From contig JANRKO010000019.1 of the NCBI GenBank assembly GCA_033763455.1, forward strand, positions 32,001 to 96,000: a stretch of DNA of 64,000 bases, in the 5' to 3' direction. Each line of letters begins with the position of its first letter. Positions within the stretch are counted from its first letter, which is position 1. Below the pieces are notes generated by a model. The model saw only the letters and a list, made by a program, of their open reading frames with translations, was not told the DNA's origin and ran no database searches. Of this stretch, positions 1 through 10,411 are shown one piece after another. Source of the stretch: Polyangiaceae bacterium. Lineage in GTDB: Bacteria > Myxococcota_A > Polyangia > Polyangiales > Polyangiaceae. The position numbers were made by a program, and so were the translations under genes.

Positions 1-498
1 TTTGCAGTGAAAACAGCGATCCGAGTCGTTTTTAACGTAGCCTTCGCGTGCAATTTCATTCGAGCTTACAAAGTGGTGGGCAGCTCCAAGATCTAGAGCA
101 ATGCGGGCAGCGTCGGCTCGTTCTCCCTCTGGCAAGCTTGGGCTAACAGCAGTTATCCCGATCGCTTGCGCCCCCAATTCCTGGTGGGCCACGGCGAGCA
201 CCAGAGCGCTATCAATACCCCCTGAATAGCAAACCAACACAGACTCCATATCTCGGAGGATGGAGCGGAGCCGAGCGAGCTTTGGTTCGATGGGAACAGA
301 AATAGTTGTCTCAAATGAAGACACGTCAGAGGCAGCCATTCGGCCAAAGGGATAACACTCGCGGCCTCGTGGGGCGAGGGCGGTCGCCGCGCTAAAGATG
401 GGTGAGCGCCCGTAAGTTCGCAGGAGGCTTAGGTTTTGAGGCGAGGTAGGAAGTTATTGGTCCGATCTCGAAGGTGAGGTCACTTTTCTTTTGTTCAG

Positions 499-514
499 CT
501 GAAGCTATGTTCAG
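499..514 (+). promoter_or_regulatory. Putative LexA (SOS) operator upstream of imuA
   Basis: Inverted repeat CTGAA-N6-TTCAG ending 5 nt before the imuA ATG, with a second GTTCAG half-site at 493-498; partial match to the recalled Myxococcus LexA box CTRHAMRYBYGTTCAGS. Confidence 0.55.
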
Positions 515-519
515 TATCA

Positions 520-1299
520 ATGGCTCTCCCGCTCACTCTCCTCGAGCAATTCCCGTCCCGCTTGGTTTGGCGCGCTGAAGCGCTGGAGGAGCAACGTTCT
601 GCGCCCGAAAGCAGTGTATTTCCAACGATCTCGGCCCTGGACGAAGTTCTTCCGGGCGGTGGATTGTTGCGGGGGGGCGTGGTGGAGCTGTCCAGCGCTG
701 GGGGCGTATCGCTAGGGGCCAGTGTTGCGTTGGCGGCCTGCCGGTCGGCCCAGGGAGAGGGGTACCTTCGCGCTGGAGAGCCCAGCTGGTGTGGGTTCGT
801 AGATCCGGGAGGCAGCTTGTATGGTCCGGGGGTGGAGCAAGCAGGGGTGTTGCTCCAACGCCTTCTGGTGGTGCGCCCGCCGCTTGCGGCGTTGAGCCGG
901 GTAGCCGTGCGCATGGCCGTGAGTCGTGTGTTTTCACTCCTGGTTATCGATTTGGCTTCAGTGCCGGGGGCGGAGCTAAATGTTCAGCTTGGGCCGTGGG
1001 CTCGTTGGGTGCGCCAATTGGCGATGGCTGTTGAAGGTTCAGAGAGTAGTGTACTGATGTTAACTGACGCGCGCTCCCATCGGCCATTGCCTTTGCCTGT
1101 TGCTCAACGCATCGAATTGGCTCGTGTGGATCCTAAAAGAGTGCGGGTTTCGGTCAAAAAAGATCGCTCGGGCCGCGTAATGCCTTCACAGGTGATTGAG
1201 CTTAGTCCCAATCCCAATCCCAATCCCAATCCCAATCCCAATCCCAATCCCAATCCCACTGAGCTTTTGTTGAAGGGAGTACGGCGTGCAAGAGCGTAG
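520..1299 (+). CDS. imuA: ImuA-like RecA/SulA-family translesion synthesis protein
   Basis: LDEVLPGGGLLRGGVVEL, degenerate P-loop, FVDP, LLVVRP; first gene before imuB and dnaE2. Confidence 0.85.
   Translation: MALPLTLLEQFPSRLVWRAEALEEQRSAPESSVFPTISALDEVLPGGGLLRGGVVELSSAGGVSLGASVALAACRSAQGEGYLRAGEPSWCGFVDPGGSLYGPGVEQAGVLLQRLLVVRPPLAALSRVAVRMAVSRVFSLLVIDLASVPGAELNVQLGPWARWVRQLAMAVEGSESSVLMLTDARSHRPLPLPVAQRIELARVDPKRVRVSVKKDRSGRVMPSQVIELSPNPNPNPNPNPNPNPNPTELLLKGVRRARA
1207..1254 (+). repeat. Perfect hexanucleotide repeat (CCCAAT)x8 encoding (Pro-Asn)8
   Basis: Read directly in DNA and protein near the imuA C-terminus. Confidence 0.97.
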
Positions 1300-3088
1300 C
1301 TTGTTTGATAGCGTGCAGCTAAAGCCTTCTCCAAGCGCAGAAAGGCGTGTGTTGGCGCTGGTTTTCCCACAGCTCCTTTGCGAATTGATCGACCAACATT
1401 TGCTCCTTCCGGCACTCTCAACTGCGGCAAAGCCCACAATTCCTACTGTTCCTTCGGTGAATGGTCGGCAAAGTAAACCCAGAGCACTTCCATTTGCCGT
1501 GGTCTTGACGGAAAAAGGACAATATTCCCCAGGCGCGCCGATGGAAGATGCTGCTTTGCGCAGCAATTCGCTGCTGCATACGGTGAGTGATGAAGCGCGT
1601 CGTTTGGGCGTTAAGGCCGGGCAACGGATTGTTGAAGCGCAGGCCGTGTTGGCGTCACTTCAAGTGTTTCAAATAACTCATGAAGAAGTGGCGCAAGCGT
1701 TGGGAAAGCTCGCGGAGATCGTGATGGATTTAGGGCCCACCGTTTCAGTGGGCACCCCAGATACGGTGTGGATCGATATTACGGGAGCTAGCCACTTGCG
1801 GGGTGGGGAGGCTGAGCTTTTGACGGAAGTACTCGGACGAGTGCGCGCATTGGGTCATCGAGTGCGCGCTGCCATTGCACACGGTCCCCTGTTAGCCAGA
1901 GCGTTTGCTACATGGAGTGTAGGCAGTGAAACCCCAATTGTTACGCGGCGCGAGGCGAAAGGTAGGATAGGCGTCTTGCCGCTTCTGGCTTTACCGTTGA
2001 ACTCTGAGCAATTGAGCTTTTTTGCGCGGGTGGGGGTAATGAGCGTGGCTCAGCTGCAGGCTCTTCCCAAGGCATCGCTCAGTGCTCGTTTGGGAGAAAG
2101 TGCGGGGCAAATCCTCGCGCTTACAGCGGGAGAAGATCCGGCGCCGCTCGTCGCTTTTCAGCCTCCTCGGGTGCTCGCAGAGCAAGCGGGCTTCGCTGAA
2201 GGTGTGTCGGGCGTGGAACCTCTTCTGTTCGTGCTTCGCGGTTTGGTGGCTCGTTTGAGTGTGCGGCTTATGGGTCGAGGGGAGGCTGCTGAGGAGCTGG
2301 AGCTGTGCTTGCAGCATGACCGCAAGATAGCGGAGTTCCATGGGCGGCCATTAGACACCAGGGTAACTTTCTCGTTGGCCTCACCGCTCTGGAAAGAAGA
2401 GGAGCTGTTGCGCGTGCTTCGGAGTAAAGTTGAGCGGCTAAAATTAACTTCCCCCACCGTTTCTGTTCGATTAGTTGTTTCGGTAATTGTACCCGCGCAA
2501 AGTCGGCAGCTAACGCTCTCGAGTGTGGTAGGTGGGCTTACAGAGCGAGCCTTTGATGAAAGTGAGCTGGCTGTCCTTTTGGCTGAATTAAATGCAGACA
2601 TCGGCAAGGAGCATGTAGGGGTCTTGAGGCTCCTGGATTCGCATCGCCCTGAGGCAAAAAGCGCGCTCTTTCCCGTAGTGATGAGTACGCGCTCCAATCA
2701 GCGTAGGTCTAAGCGGAAAAGCCGCAAAGTGGAAAGGGCCACCGCCAACAACGGGGAACTGCATCAAGCAGCCCCACAGGTTCGTCAAAAGCTCAGAGAG
2801 ACGATGCCAACGGCTGTGGGGCGTATGCCAACACGCCTTCTGCCGAAACCGATCTTGATTGATAGAACATTTAAGGTTGGCGAGGTAATAGGCTTAGGCG
2901 CTAACTTGTATACAATTGAACGAGCCGTGTTCGATCACCGTTTAGAGGGGGTCGCTTGGTGGTCAAAGCTTGCGGTGTCTCGCGATTATGTTCGGCTTTG
3001 GTTGAAGGGCTCCGAAGGTGGAGTGGCGGCCCTCGGCTATGTGAATCGTGATAGTGGTTCGCACTACATTCAGGCCATTTATGATTGA
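1286..3088 (+). CDS. imuB: ImuB, inactive Y-family DNA polymerase
   Basis: ARRLGVKAG, PDTVWIDITGASHL, DSHRPE, C-terminal WW...RDY...YD motif; position between imuA and dnaE2. Confidence 0.9.
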   Translation: MQERSLFDSVQLKPSPSAERRVLALVFPQLLCELIDQHLLLPALSTAAKPTIPTVPSVNGRQSKPRALPFAVVLTEKGQYSPGAPMEDAALRSNSLLHTVSDEARRLGVKAGQRIVEAQAVLASLQVFQITHEEVAQALGKLAEIVMDLGPTVSVGTPDTVWIDITGASHLRGGEAELLTEVLGRVRALGHRVRAAIAHGPLLARAFATWSVGSETPIVTRREAKGRIGVLPLLALPLNSEQLSFFARVGVMSVAQLQALPKASLSARLGESAGQILALTAGEDPAPLVAFQPPRVLAEQAGFAEGVSGVEPLLFVLRGLVARLSVRLMGRGEAAEELELCLQHDRKIAEFHGRPLDTRVTFSLASPLWKEEELLRVLRSKVERLKLTSPTVSVRLVVSVIVPAQSRQLTLSSVVGGLTERAFDESELAVLLAELNADIGKEHVGVLRLLDSHRPEAKSALFPVVMSTRSNQRRSKRKSRKVERATANNGELHQAAPQVRQKLRETMPTAVGRMPTRLLPKPILIDRTFKVGEVIGLGANLYTIERAVFDHRLEGVAWWSKLAVSRDYVRLWLKGSEGGVAALGYVNRDSGSHYIQAIYD

Positions 3089-3130
3089 GCATGGGGGTGG
3101 AGAGAATACAGCTCGCTTTGAGTGCTTGAG

Positions 3131-6100
3131 ATGTTTGCGGAGCTGTTAGCGCGATCGTGTTTTTCGTTCTTGCGTGGAGCTTCACATCCGAATGAGCTCG
3201 TTGATAAGGCGAAAGAGTTGGGTCTTTATGCCGTCGCCATTGCGGATCGTGATGGGCTTTATGGTTCGGTGCGAGCGCATACGCGAGCTAAAGAACTCGA
3301 ACAGCGAGTCATCGTGAGTGCGGAGTTGAGCCTGGGTGTGGGTAACGTTGAGTTGCCCGATCCAAAAGGTGCAGCTGAGCCGGCGGTATTAAGTTTTTTG
3401 GTCGAAAATCATCAAGGCTATCAGAACTTGTGTCGGCTGCTCACTCTTGCGCATGAGGAGCGTCCTAAAGGTGAGAGCTTGTTGATGCCTGAATGGCTGG
3501 CAGCTCACGCAGAGGGGCTCCAGGTATTGGTGCCGCTGCCGAGAGTAGTTGGGGATTCGAGTACGTGTTCGGATAAGGTGCTCGGTATCGTTCGCGAGGT
3601 ATTTCGAGAGCGTGCCTTTTTGGCTACCTATCGACATCAAGATGGCCACGGGCGCGAACGCGAGCAGCTAGCCAATGAATGGTCGATACGCTTTGGTTTG
3701 CCGATTTTGGCCACTGCTCGCGCATTTTTTCATGACCGTGAGCAGAAAGAGCTGTTGGATGTATTGTACTGTATCCGGCGCGGAATAACGCTTGATCAGG
3801 CGGGGTCTGAGCTTTTACCGAACCAGGAAGCGGTGTTGCGGTCTGAGGCAGAGATGCAGAAGCTCTTTTACGATCGGCCCGCTTGGGTGGAGCGCACGGG
3901 CGAATTAGCTCAACAGTTGCGGTTTAGCTTAAGTGAGCTCAACTATCGCTTCCCATGTACGCTTTTGCCCGGTGAAACTGCGGATCAGAAGCTACGCCGG
4001 TTGGCTTTTTCGGGGCTTGCAACGCGCTATCCCAAGGGGGTGCCAGGGGGAGTGGGGCAACAGGTGGAGAAGGAGCTCCAACTGATTCAGAAGCTGCAAA
4101 TGGCGAGCTACTTCTTGAGTACTTGGGAAGTGGTGGAAATGGCGCGCCGCCGCCGGATCTTATGCCAGGGCAGGGGAAGCGCAGCCAATAGTGCCGTTTG
4201 CTACGCACTTGGGATAACGGCGGTGGATCCTGCGCGGTCGAATCTCTTGTTCGAACGTTTTATGAGCGAAGAGCGCGCTGAGCCGCCAGATATTGATATT
4301 GATTTTGAGCACGAACGCCGTGAAGAGGTAATTCAGGAGATTTACGAGCAGTACGGGCGCGAGCGTGCGGCCATGGTCTCTGAGGTGATATGTTATCGAG
4401 GGAAGAGCTCGCTGCGAGAGGTAGGCAAAGTGCTGGGGCTTTCCTTGGATCAGGTGGCGCGTTTGAGTAGCACCATTACACATTGGGATACAGCGGATGT
4501 CTCGAAAGATCGCTTAAAGGAGATGGGGTTCGACGTGAGCGACGCGCGTTTGCTGCAGGTTATTCGGCTCGCTCAAAAGCTTGAAGGTATCCCACGACAC
4601 CTTTCAATTCATGTGGGGGGCTTTGTTGTATCGGCGACTCCACTCTACGAGGTGGCTCCCATTGAACCCGGGCGGATGCCTGGGCGCACCGTGATTCCGT
4701 GGGATAAAGATGATCTGGAGGTGCTGGGGTTCTTCAAAATTGACGTCTTGGGTCTAGGTATATTAACGGCAATTCGCAAAGCTTTATCGACTATTCATGC
4801 GGATGGCGGGCTTCGTGAAGAAGCGGAAGTGTTCGACCCGTTGAATGTTATAACAAGGATCCCGGCAGAAGATCCTGTGGTGTACGAGATGCTCTGCCAG
4901 GCGGATACTGTGGGGGTATTTCAAATCGAAAGCCGGGCGCAGATGTCTATGTTGCCGCGGCTGCGTCCGCGAAAATTTTATGATTTGGTGGTGGAAGTTG
5001 CGCTGGTGCGTCCGGGCCCGATTCAAGGCGGAATGGTGCATCCGTATTTGCGGCGCCGAAATGGTGAAGAACCTATTACGGTGCCTCATCCTGAACTCGG
5101 AAGTATTCTCGAACGCACGTTGGGTGTGCCGCTCTTTCAGGAGCAAGTGATGCAGATTTCAATCGTAGGTGCGGGCTATACTGGCGGTGAAGCGGATCAG
5201 TTGCGCCGCGATATGGCTGCTTGGAAAAAGACCGGGCGCTTGCTGCGGCATCGAGAACGTTTGCTTGCAGGGTTTGCCAATAAAGGGATATCGACGGCTT
5301 TTGGGGAGGCGTTGTTCGAACAGATCAAGGGTTTTGGTGACTATGGGTTCCCTGAGTCACACTCAGCATCGTTCGCGCTCTTAGTGTATGCCTCAGCTTG
5401 GCAAAAGGCTCATTATCCGGCGCATTTTGCTTGCGCTTTGATCAATTCGCAACCGATGGGATTCTATTCGCCATCGACCATTTTGCAGGATGCCCAACGC
5501 CATGGCGTGCAAGTGCGTGATGTATGTGTGATGCGAAGTGAGTGGGATTGTAGCCTTGAACTCGAGAATGCGGATGAGTCCTCGCTGACAGCGATGGATT
5601 CGATAGTATCGATTGGGTTGACAGCTTCAAAAGGGGACAAAGATGCCTCTCTCCCCCTGCCGCGTGCGATACGTCTTGGGTTTCGTTTGGTGAAAGGGTT
5701 CGGAGAGGCGGCGGCACAGCGCATCGTGCAAGCACGGAAGGTCAGAGCGTTCGAAAGTTTGAATGATCTTTTGGAACGCGCTGCGCTAAGAAAGGAAGAT
5801 GTTGAGCGTTTGGCAGAAGCGGGCGCACTTCAGCAATTGGTCGCTGAACGCCGGCAAGCCCTTTGGCAATCTCGCACTCCCAAGCTGGAAGGGCTTTTTC
5901 AAGGGCATGTTCTAGGGGAATCAAAGGTTCGGCTTCCGCCCCTGGGTGCCCAGGAAACGCTGTTGCTCGATTACGCGAAAAAGGGGCTTTCTACCGAAGA
6001 TCATCCCATGCGCCACCTGCGTTCAGAGTTGAAGGCACAAGGTGTGGTGGAATCACATCGTTTGGCGCAAATGAAGAAAGGGCAAAAGGTGCAAGTGGCG

Positions 6101-6415
6101 GGTGTAGTAATTACCCGACAACAACCAGGCACGGCCAGTGGTGTCGTCTTTATTACCTTGGAAGATGAATACGGATTCATCAACTTGGTGCTGTGGCGCC
6201 GCATTTTTGAGCGGTTTCATCACGCAGCACGTCACGCATCGCTACTTTGGGTGTATGGCGAAATTGATCGAGAGATACCCAGGAACGATCTCAGTCCTAA
6301 TGCACGGGTGAATTCGGGGGTGAATACACCGGTGATCCATGTCGTTGCCGAGAAGCTGCGTCGCTTGGAGCTGAATCAGGCGAACTTTAGCCGGGTATCA
6401 CGGGATTTTCACTGA
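3131..6415 (+). CDS. dnaE2: Error-prone DNA polymerase DnaE2 (ImuC)
   Basis: FSFLRGASHP, GRGSAANS, PPDIDIDFEHERREEV, GVFQIESRAQ, YGFPESH, C-terminal SRDFH typical of DnaE2. Confidence 0.97.
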   Translation: MFAELLARSCFSFLRGASHPNELVDKAKELGLYAVAIADRDGLYGSVRAHTRAKELEQRVIVSAELSLGVGNVELPDPKGAAEPAVLSFLVENHQGYQNLCRLLTLAHEERPKGESLLMPEWLAAHAEGLQVLVPLPRVVGDSSTCSDKVLGIVREVFRERAFLATYRHQDGHGREREQLANEWSIRFGLPILATARAFFHDREQKELLDVLYCIRRGITLDQAGSELLPNQEAVLRSEAEMQKLFYDRPAWVERTGELAQQLRFSLSELNYRFPCTLLPGETADQKLRRLAFSGLATRYPKGVPGGVGQQVEKELQLIQKLQMASYFLSTWEVVEMARRRRILCQGRGSAANSAVCYALGITAVDPARSNLLFERFMSEERAEPPDIDIDFEHERREEVIQEIYEQYGRERAAMVSEVICYRGKSSLREVGKVLGLSLDQVARLSSTITHWDTADVSKDRLKEMGFDVSDARLLQVIRLAQKLEGIPRHLSIHVGGFVVSATPLYEVAPIEPGRMPGRTVIPWDKDDLEVLGFFKIDVLGLGILTAIRKALSTIHADGGLREEAEVFDPLNVITRIPAEDPVVYEMLCQADTVGVFQIESRAQMSMLPRLRPRKFYDLVVEVALVRPGPIQGGMVHPYLRRRNGEEPITVPHPELGSILERTLGVPLFQEQVMQISIVGAGYTGGEADQLRRDMAAWKKTGRLLRHRERLLAGFANKGISTAFGEALFEQIKGFGDYGFPESHSASFALLVYASAWQKAHYPAHFACALINSQPMGFYSPSTILQDAQRHGVQVRDVCVMRSEWDCSLELENADESSLTAMDSIVSIGLTASKGDKDASLPLPRAIRLGFRLVKGFGEAAAQRIVQARKVRAFESLNDLLERAALRKEDVERLAEAGALQQLVAERRQALWQSRTPKLEGLFQGHVLGESKVRLPPLGAQETLLLDYAKKGLSTEDHPMRHLRSELKAQGVVESHRLAQMKKGQKVQVAGVVITRQQPGTASGVVFITLEDEYGFINLVLWRRIFERFHHAARHASLLWVYGEIDREIPRNDLSPNARVNSGVNTPVIHVVAEKLRRLELNQANFSRVSRDFH

Positions 6416-6544
6416 AGCTTCCACTGAACTCCTAGTGCGAGTTGCGTGCGCGCACCTGCCCCAATCCCTCGACAATCCCTCGACATTCGCAATTGACGAA
6501 GGAGGAGTCGCCGAAGAGACGGGGGTATTGAATTATTGGGGATC

Positions 6545-6740
6545 CTTAGCATGCTAAGGATCTGCGACAGCGCGAGAACTCCGCCGGGCCCTTACGCGAC
6601 CAGGGGACACTTTACTTAGCATGCTAAGGATCTGCGACAGCGCGAGAACCCGCCGGGCCCTTACGCGACCAGGGGACACTTTACTTAGCATGCTAAGGAT
6701 CTGCGACAGCGCGAGAACCCCCCCGGGCCCTTACGCGACC
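6545..6740. repeat. Tandem repeat, about 2.8 copies of a 69-70 bp unit, each containing palindrome CTTAGCATGCTAAG
   Basis: Units start at 6545, 6615 and 6684 and are nearly identical; last copy overlaps the smc stop codon. Confidence 0.95.
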
Positions 6741-9700
6741 TGAACTTCGTCGCCGTCCGAGCTTTCGGGCGCCAGCGTGTCCACAGGAGAGCCTTTGAGC
6801 AGGTTGTCGCGCACGCGCGGCGCCAACGTTTCGCTGCGTGCTTGCACTCCTTCATTCACCTTAACGCTCACCAGCTTGGAAACGCCCGGTTCGCCCATCG
6901 TAACGCCGTACAATACGTCTACCGATTGCATCGTTTGCTTGATGTGGGTGATCAAGATGAACTGGCTGCGTTCCGTCATAGAACGAATAGCTTCGTTGTA
7001 GCGGGACACGTTGGCTTCATCCAGCGGGGCGTCAACCTCGTCCAGAATACAGAACGGGGAGGGCTTGTGCTGGAAGATCGCGAAGATCAGAGAAACTGCC
7101 GTGAGCGCTTTTTCTCCGCCACTCATCAATTCAATATTGCCAAGCTTCTTGCCCGGTGGCTGGGCCATAATGTCCACCCCCGTAGCCAGCATGTCGTCGG
7201 GGTTGGTGAGCAGAAGCTCACCGCGACCGCCGCGGAACATTCGACTAAATGTTGCGCGGAAAAGTGCATTGATGGAGTCGAATGCTTCTTGGAAACGCTT
7301 CTTGGACTCACGATTCATATGCTTAATCGCCCGATCCAAGTCAATTAGCGCACGTTCGATGTCTTCCTTCTGCGCCGAGAGAGAAACGAAGCGACTTTCC
7401 GCATCGTCGTGCTCGGCCTTTGCGTCGAGATTCACAGGGCCCATTCGGTCGATGAGCTTAGTGAGCTCGTCGATGCGCCGGTGGTGCTCCTCATCCGGAG
7501 CGGACCGCATGTGATAGGTGCCAACCACGCGATTGAGGTCCAAGCCTCGGAAACGCTCGCGAATATTCTGCAGCAAATGCTCGCGGCTCAGCTCATTGCG
7601 CTGCACGGACATTTCATGCTTGCGGCTTGCTTCGTCGAGGAGAGAAAGCTCCTCGCGCACTTGCTTCAGAGAGGCTTCGTGCTCGGTGAGTGCGTGGCGC
7701 GCCTGCTCCAGCTGGGTGCGAATTTCATTTAAGTACTGGTGAGCAACGCGTGCGGCTTCGAGGGCAGTTATACGATTCTCGCGGGAAAGTAGGAGAACGG
7801 CCGCAGTCTCTCCATAACTGCGCGCGGCCTCTTCCATGTCCTCCTTGAGGCGGTTCGAGCGGGTGACTAGCTCACCAATAGTGGCTTCTACGCGTGACGC
7901 CGAAATGCGGGTGGCTTCTACCTGTTCGCGAACCTGAGCGAGCCGCACTTTGCGGTCCGTTACCAGTTGCGCTTGGGCCTCTGCTTGTTCCTTCCAAGAC
8001 TGCGCTCGAGCTTCAGCTTTTGCGAGGGCTGACTGGGCCTGTTCGAGCAGAGCTCGCAACACGTCCAGCTGTTCCCGAGACGCTTGCTCTTCGAGAGTGG
8101 TTCGGGTGATCACCGACTCCAACTCTGCGAGCTCCGCAGCTATGGCAGCGTGACGAGTACGCAAGCGCTCTAGCTCGCCGTTCGTGCGCACTAAGTCTTT
8201 TTCGGCACTCACGTGAGCCAATTCACCTTCGTGAGCGCCTTTACGCGCGCGGTCGAGTGATGTTTCTGCCGCAGTAATGCGTCCACGCAAAGCGTTGTGA
8301 CTCTCGAAAAGCTTTTGGTACTCCGCCTCCAGGCGAGACACTTCGGTGGTGAGCGAGTGCATCTCGCGCTTCTGCTCCACCATGGCGGAGGCAACCTCAT
8401 CCCCGCCGCCACCGCTCACAACGCCACTCGGACGCGCCACGGTGCCGTCCAACGCAACAGCCGTAAAGTCAGGGTGACGTGCGACGAACTGCACGGCGTG
8501 TTCACTCGACGTAACCAGCACCGCATCGCCAACGATGGCTCGAACCAACGCCTCATCGGCAGCTTCATAACGAAGCTGATCGGCAAGGGAGCCTAGCACG
8601 CCGGGTTCATCCGAAAACGCGCGAGCGCCGCCAGCAATATAGCCCGGCCGAGCCGCAACCACGGTTGCACGCCCACGCTGATTTTCCCGAAGATCGTCGA
8701 GCAGGTGGAGACCGTGCTCCAGATCAGAAACCACGATGTATTGAAGGCGTTCGCCCAAAAGCGAAGCGAAAGCCAAGGTAAGCTCTTCGGGTGCTTCGAT
8801 CCGGTCTGCAACCATTCCGAGCACTTCGGGATCCGCTTTTCCTAGGAGTGCTCGGGCGCCAGCCCCCACGCCCTCGAGGCGGCGGTGCAGCTCCTCAAGA
8901 GCCCGCAAGCGATTGCGGCGGAGGCTGAGCTCATTTTTACGGCTATCGACGGCTCGTTCACTGTCGAGCAATTGGCCGCGCAGAACGTTCACTTCTTTTT
9001 CGAGCGATTCTTGCTCGGCGAAGGTAAGCCGTTTGCCTTCCGCAGTTTCGGCGACGCTCTGTTCCAGCGCATGGCGCCGCGCCTCGAATTCATTCTGCTC
9101 TCCGAGTACCGATTGGTGCTCCGTTGAGAGCTTATCGCGGCGGATGTGCGTTTCCGCAATGCGCTGCACGAGCCCATCGAGCCGCACTTCGGCTGCTGTG
9201 GTATTGTTGGTTGCCTCGGCAACCTCACGCCGCAAGTTTTGTACAGTCTGGTTGGCTCCAGTTTCGTCGGATCGAAGCGCATCAAGCTTCTCGTTTTCCG
9301 CTTGAGCATCGGCTTGGCGAGCTGATTCGTCCGCACCTAAGGACTCTGCTCGCTGGAGGAGCTCCGCGTGTTCAGCGCGCAGCTCTGCGAGCTTTGGTAA
9401 GATCTCGGACAGTTCGGCTTCTGCTGCTTCTAGCCTATCATTCAAGTGGGAGAGCTTGTCGCGTGCGCGATCCATCTCTGCCTGCAAGCCGCTTACTTCG
9501 TTGTCAGCGTGAAAGGCCCGGCGTGCCCCGTCGTCCGCCAGAACCTCGGTATCCATGGCAGATTTGCGGAGCTCTTCGAGCAGGAGCTCGGCAGCCTTTA
9601 GCTGTTCGCGGAGCACAAGCGACGAGCTCTCAGCATGCTCAAGGGCCGCTCTGTCCACCTTCTCAGTAACGATAAGCTCGAGCAATCGATGGGAAGCGTC

Positions 9701-10411
9701 GTGCAAGACAAGATCTTCCAGCTCTTCGCGATAAACGAGAAAACGCTCAGCTTTTGCCACCTGGCGCTTCAACGAGACGCGCGTTCGATCAATTTCTGCG
9801 ATGATGTCGCTCACACGCGCGAGATTCTGACGCGTGAGCTCCATCTTCCGCTCGGCCTGGTGTCGGCGGTGCTTATATTTTGTGATGCCGGCGGCTTCTT
9901 CGATAAATAGCCGTCGATCTTCGGGGCGGGCCGAAACGATCTGCCCAATGCGACCTTGCTCAACAATTGAATAAGCCTTGGTGCCCACACCCGTTCCGAG
10001 AAACAGATCGGTGATGTCGCGAAGCCGCACAGTCGTGCGGTTAAGCTGATATTCACTCGTCCCGTCGCGAAAGAGCCGGCGAGTCACCGCGATCTCAGGG
10101 AAATCTTTGTACTCAAGAGGGAGTGTGTCGGCGTATTCTGGGTTCGTATTATCGAAAGTGAGCGTGACTTCAGCCAAGCCTGCCTGGGCCCGGGAATCCG
10201 ACCCGTTGAAGATCACGTCTTCCATCGAGCGACCGCGAAGGTGCTTGGCGCTCTGCTCGCCCATGCACCAGCGGATGGCGTCCACAATGTTGGACTTGCC
10301 ACAGCCGTTTGGACCGACGATGCCAATCACGTCGTGGTCGAAGTGGATGGTGGTCCGGTCGACGAACGACTTAAACCCTGCTATTTCGAGCTTCTTGATG
10401 TGCATCAGCAA
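6731..10411 (-). CDS. smc: Chromosome segregation protein SMC
   Basis: GFKSF, Walker A GPNGCGKSN, long coiled coils, hinge, MSGGEK signature, LDEVDAPLD Walker B/D-loop. Confidence 0.98.
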   Translation of the reverse strand: MLMHIKKLEIAGFKSFVDRTTIHFDHDVIGIVGPNGCGKSNIVDAIRWCMGEQSAKHLRGRSMEDVIFNGSDSRAQAGLAEVTLTFDNTNPEYADTLPLEYKDFPEIAVTRRLFRDGTSEYQLNRTTVRLRDITDLFLGTGVGTKAYSIVEQGRIGQIVSARPEDRRLFIEEAAGITKYKHRRHQAERKMELTRQNLARVSDIIAEIDRTRVSLKRQVAKAERFLVYREELEDLVLHDASHRLLELIVTEKVDRAALEHAESSSLVLREQLKAAELLLEELRKSAMDTEVLADDGARRAFHADNEVSGLQAEMDRARDKLSHLNDRLEAAEAELSEILPKLAELRAEHAELLQRAESLGADESARQADAQAENEKLDALRSDETGANQTVQNLRREVAEATNNTTAAEVRLDGLVQRIAETHIRRDKLSTEHQSVLGEQNEFEARRHALEQSVAETAEGKRLTFAEQESLEKEVNVLRGQLLDSERAVDSRKNELSLRRNRLRALEELHRRLEGVGAGARALLGKADPEVLGMVADRIEAPEELTLAFASLLGERLQYIVVSDLEHGLHLLDDLRENQRGRATVVAARPGYIAGGARAFSDEPGVLGSLADQLRYEAADEALVRAIVGDAVLVTSSEHAVQFVARHPDFTAVALDGTVARPSGVVSGGGGDEVASAMVEQKREMHSLTTEVSRLEAEYQKLFESHNALRGRITAAETSLDRARKGAHEGELAHVSAEKDLVRTNGELERLRTRHAAIAAELAELESVITRTTLEEQASREQLDVLRALLEQAQSALAKAEARAQSWKEQAEAQAQLVTDRKVRLAQVREQVEATRISASRVEATIGELVTRSNRLKEDMEEAARSYGETAAVLLLSRENRITALEAARVAHQYLNEIRTQLEQARHALTEHEASLKQVREELSLLDEASRKHEMSVQRNELSREHLLQNIRERFRGLDLNRVVGTYHMRSAPDEEHHRRIDELTKLIDRMGPVNLDAKAEHDDAESRFVSLSAQKEDIERALIDLDRAIKHMNRESKKRFQEAFDSINALFRATFSRMFRGGRGELLLTNPDDMLATGVDIMAQPPGKKLGNIELMSGGEKALTAVSLIFAIFQHKPSPFCILDEVDAPLDEANVSRYNEAIRSMTERSQFILITHIKQTMQSVDVLYGVTMGEPGVSKLVSVKVNEGVQARSETLAPRVRDNLLKGSPVDTLAPESSDGDEVQVA

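Noticed and set aside
1..480. Short ORF 153-347 and other coding potential at the window start
   Set aside because: No recognisable motif or family; left unannotated
1207..1254. Phase-variable ON/OFF switch or telomere-like repeat
   Set aside because: 6-bp unit preserves the reading frame and lies inside a bacterial CDS
6545..6740. CRISPR array
   Set aside because: Sequences between palindromes are near-identical rather than unique spacers; no cas genes in the window
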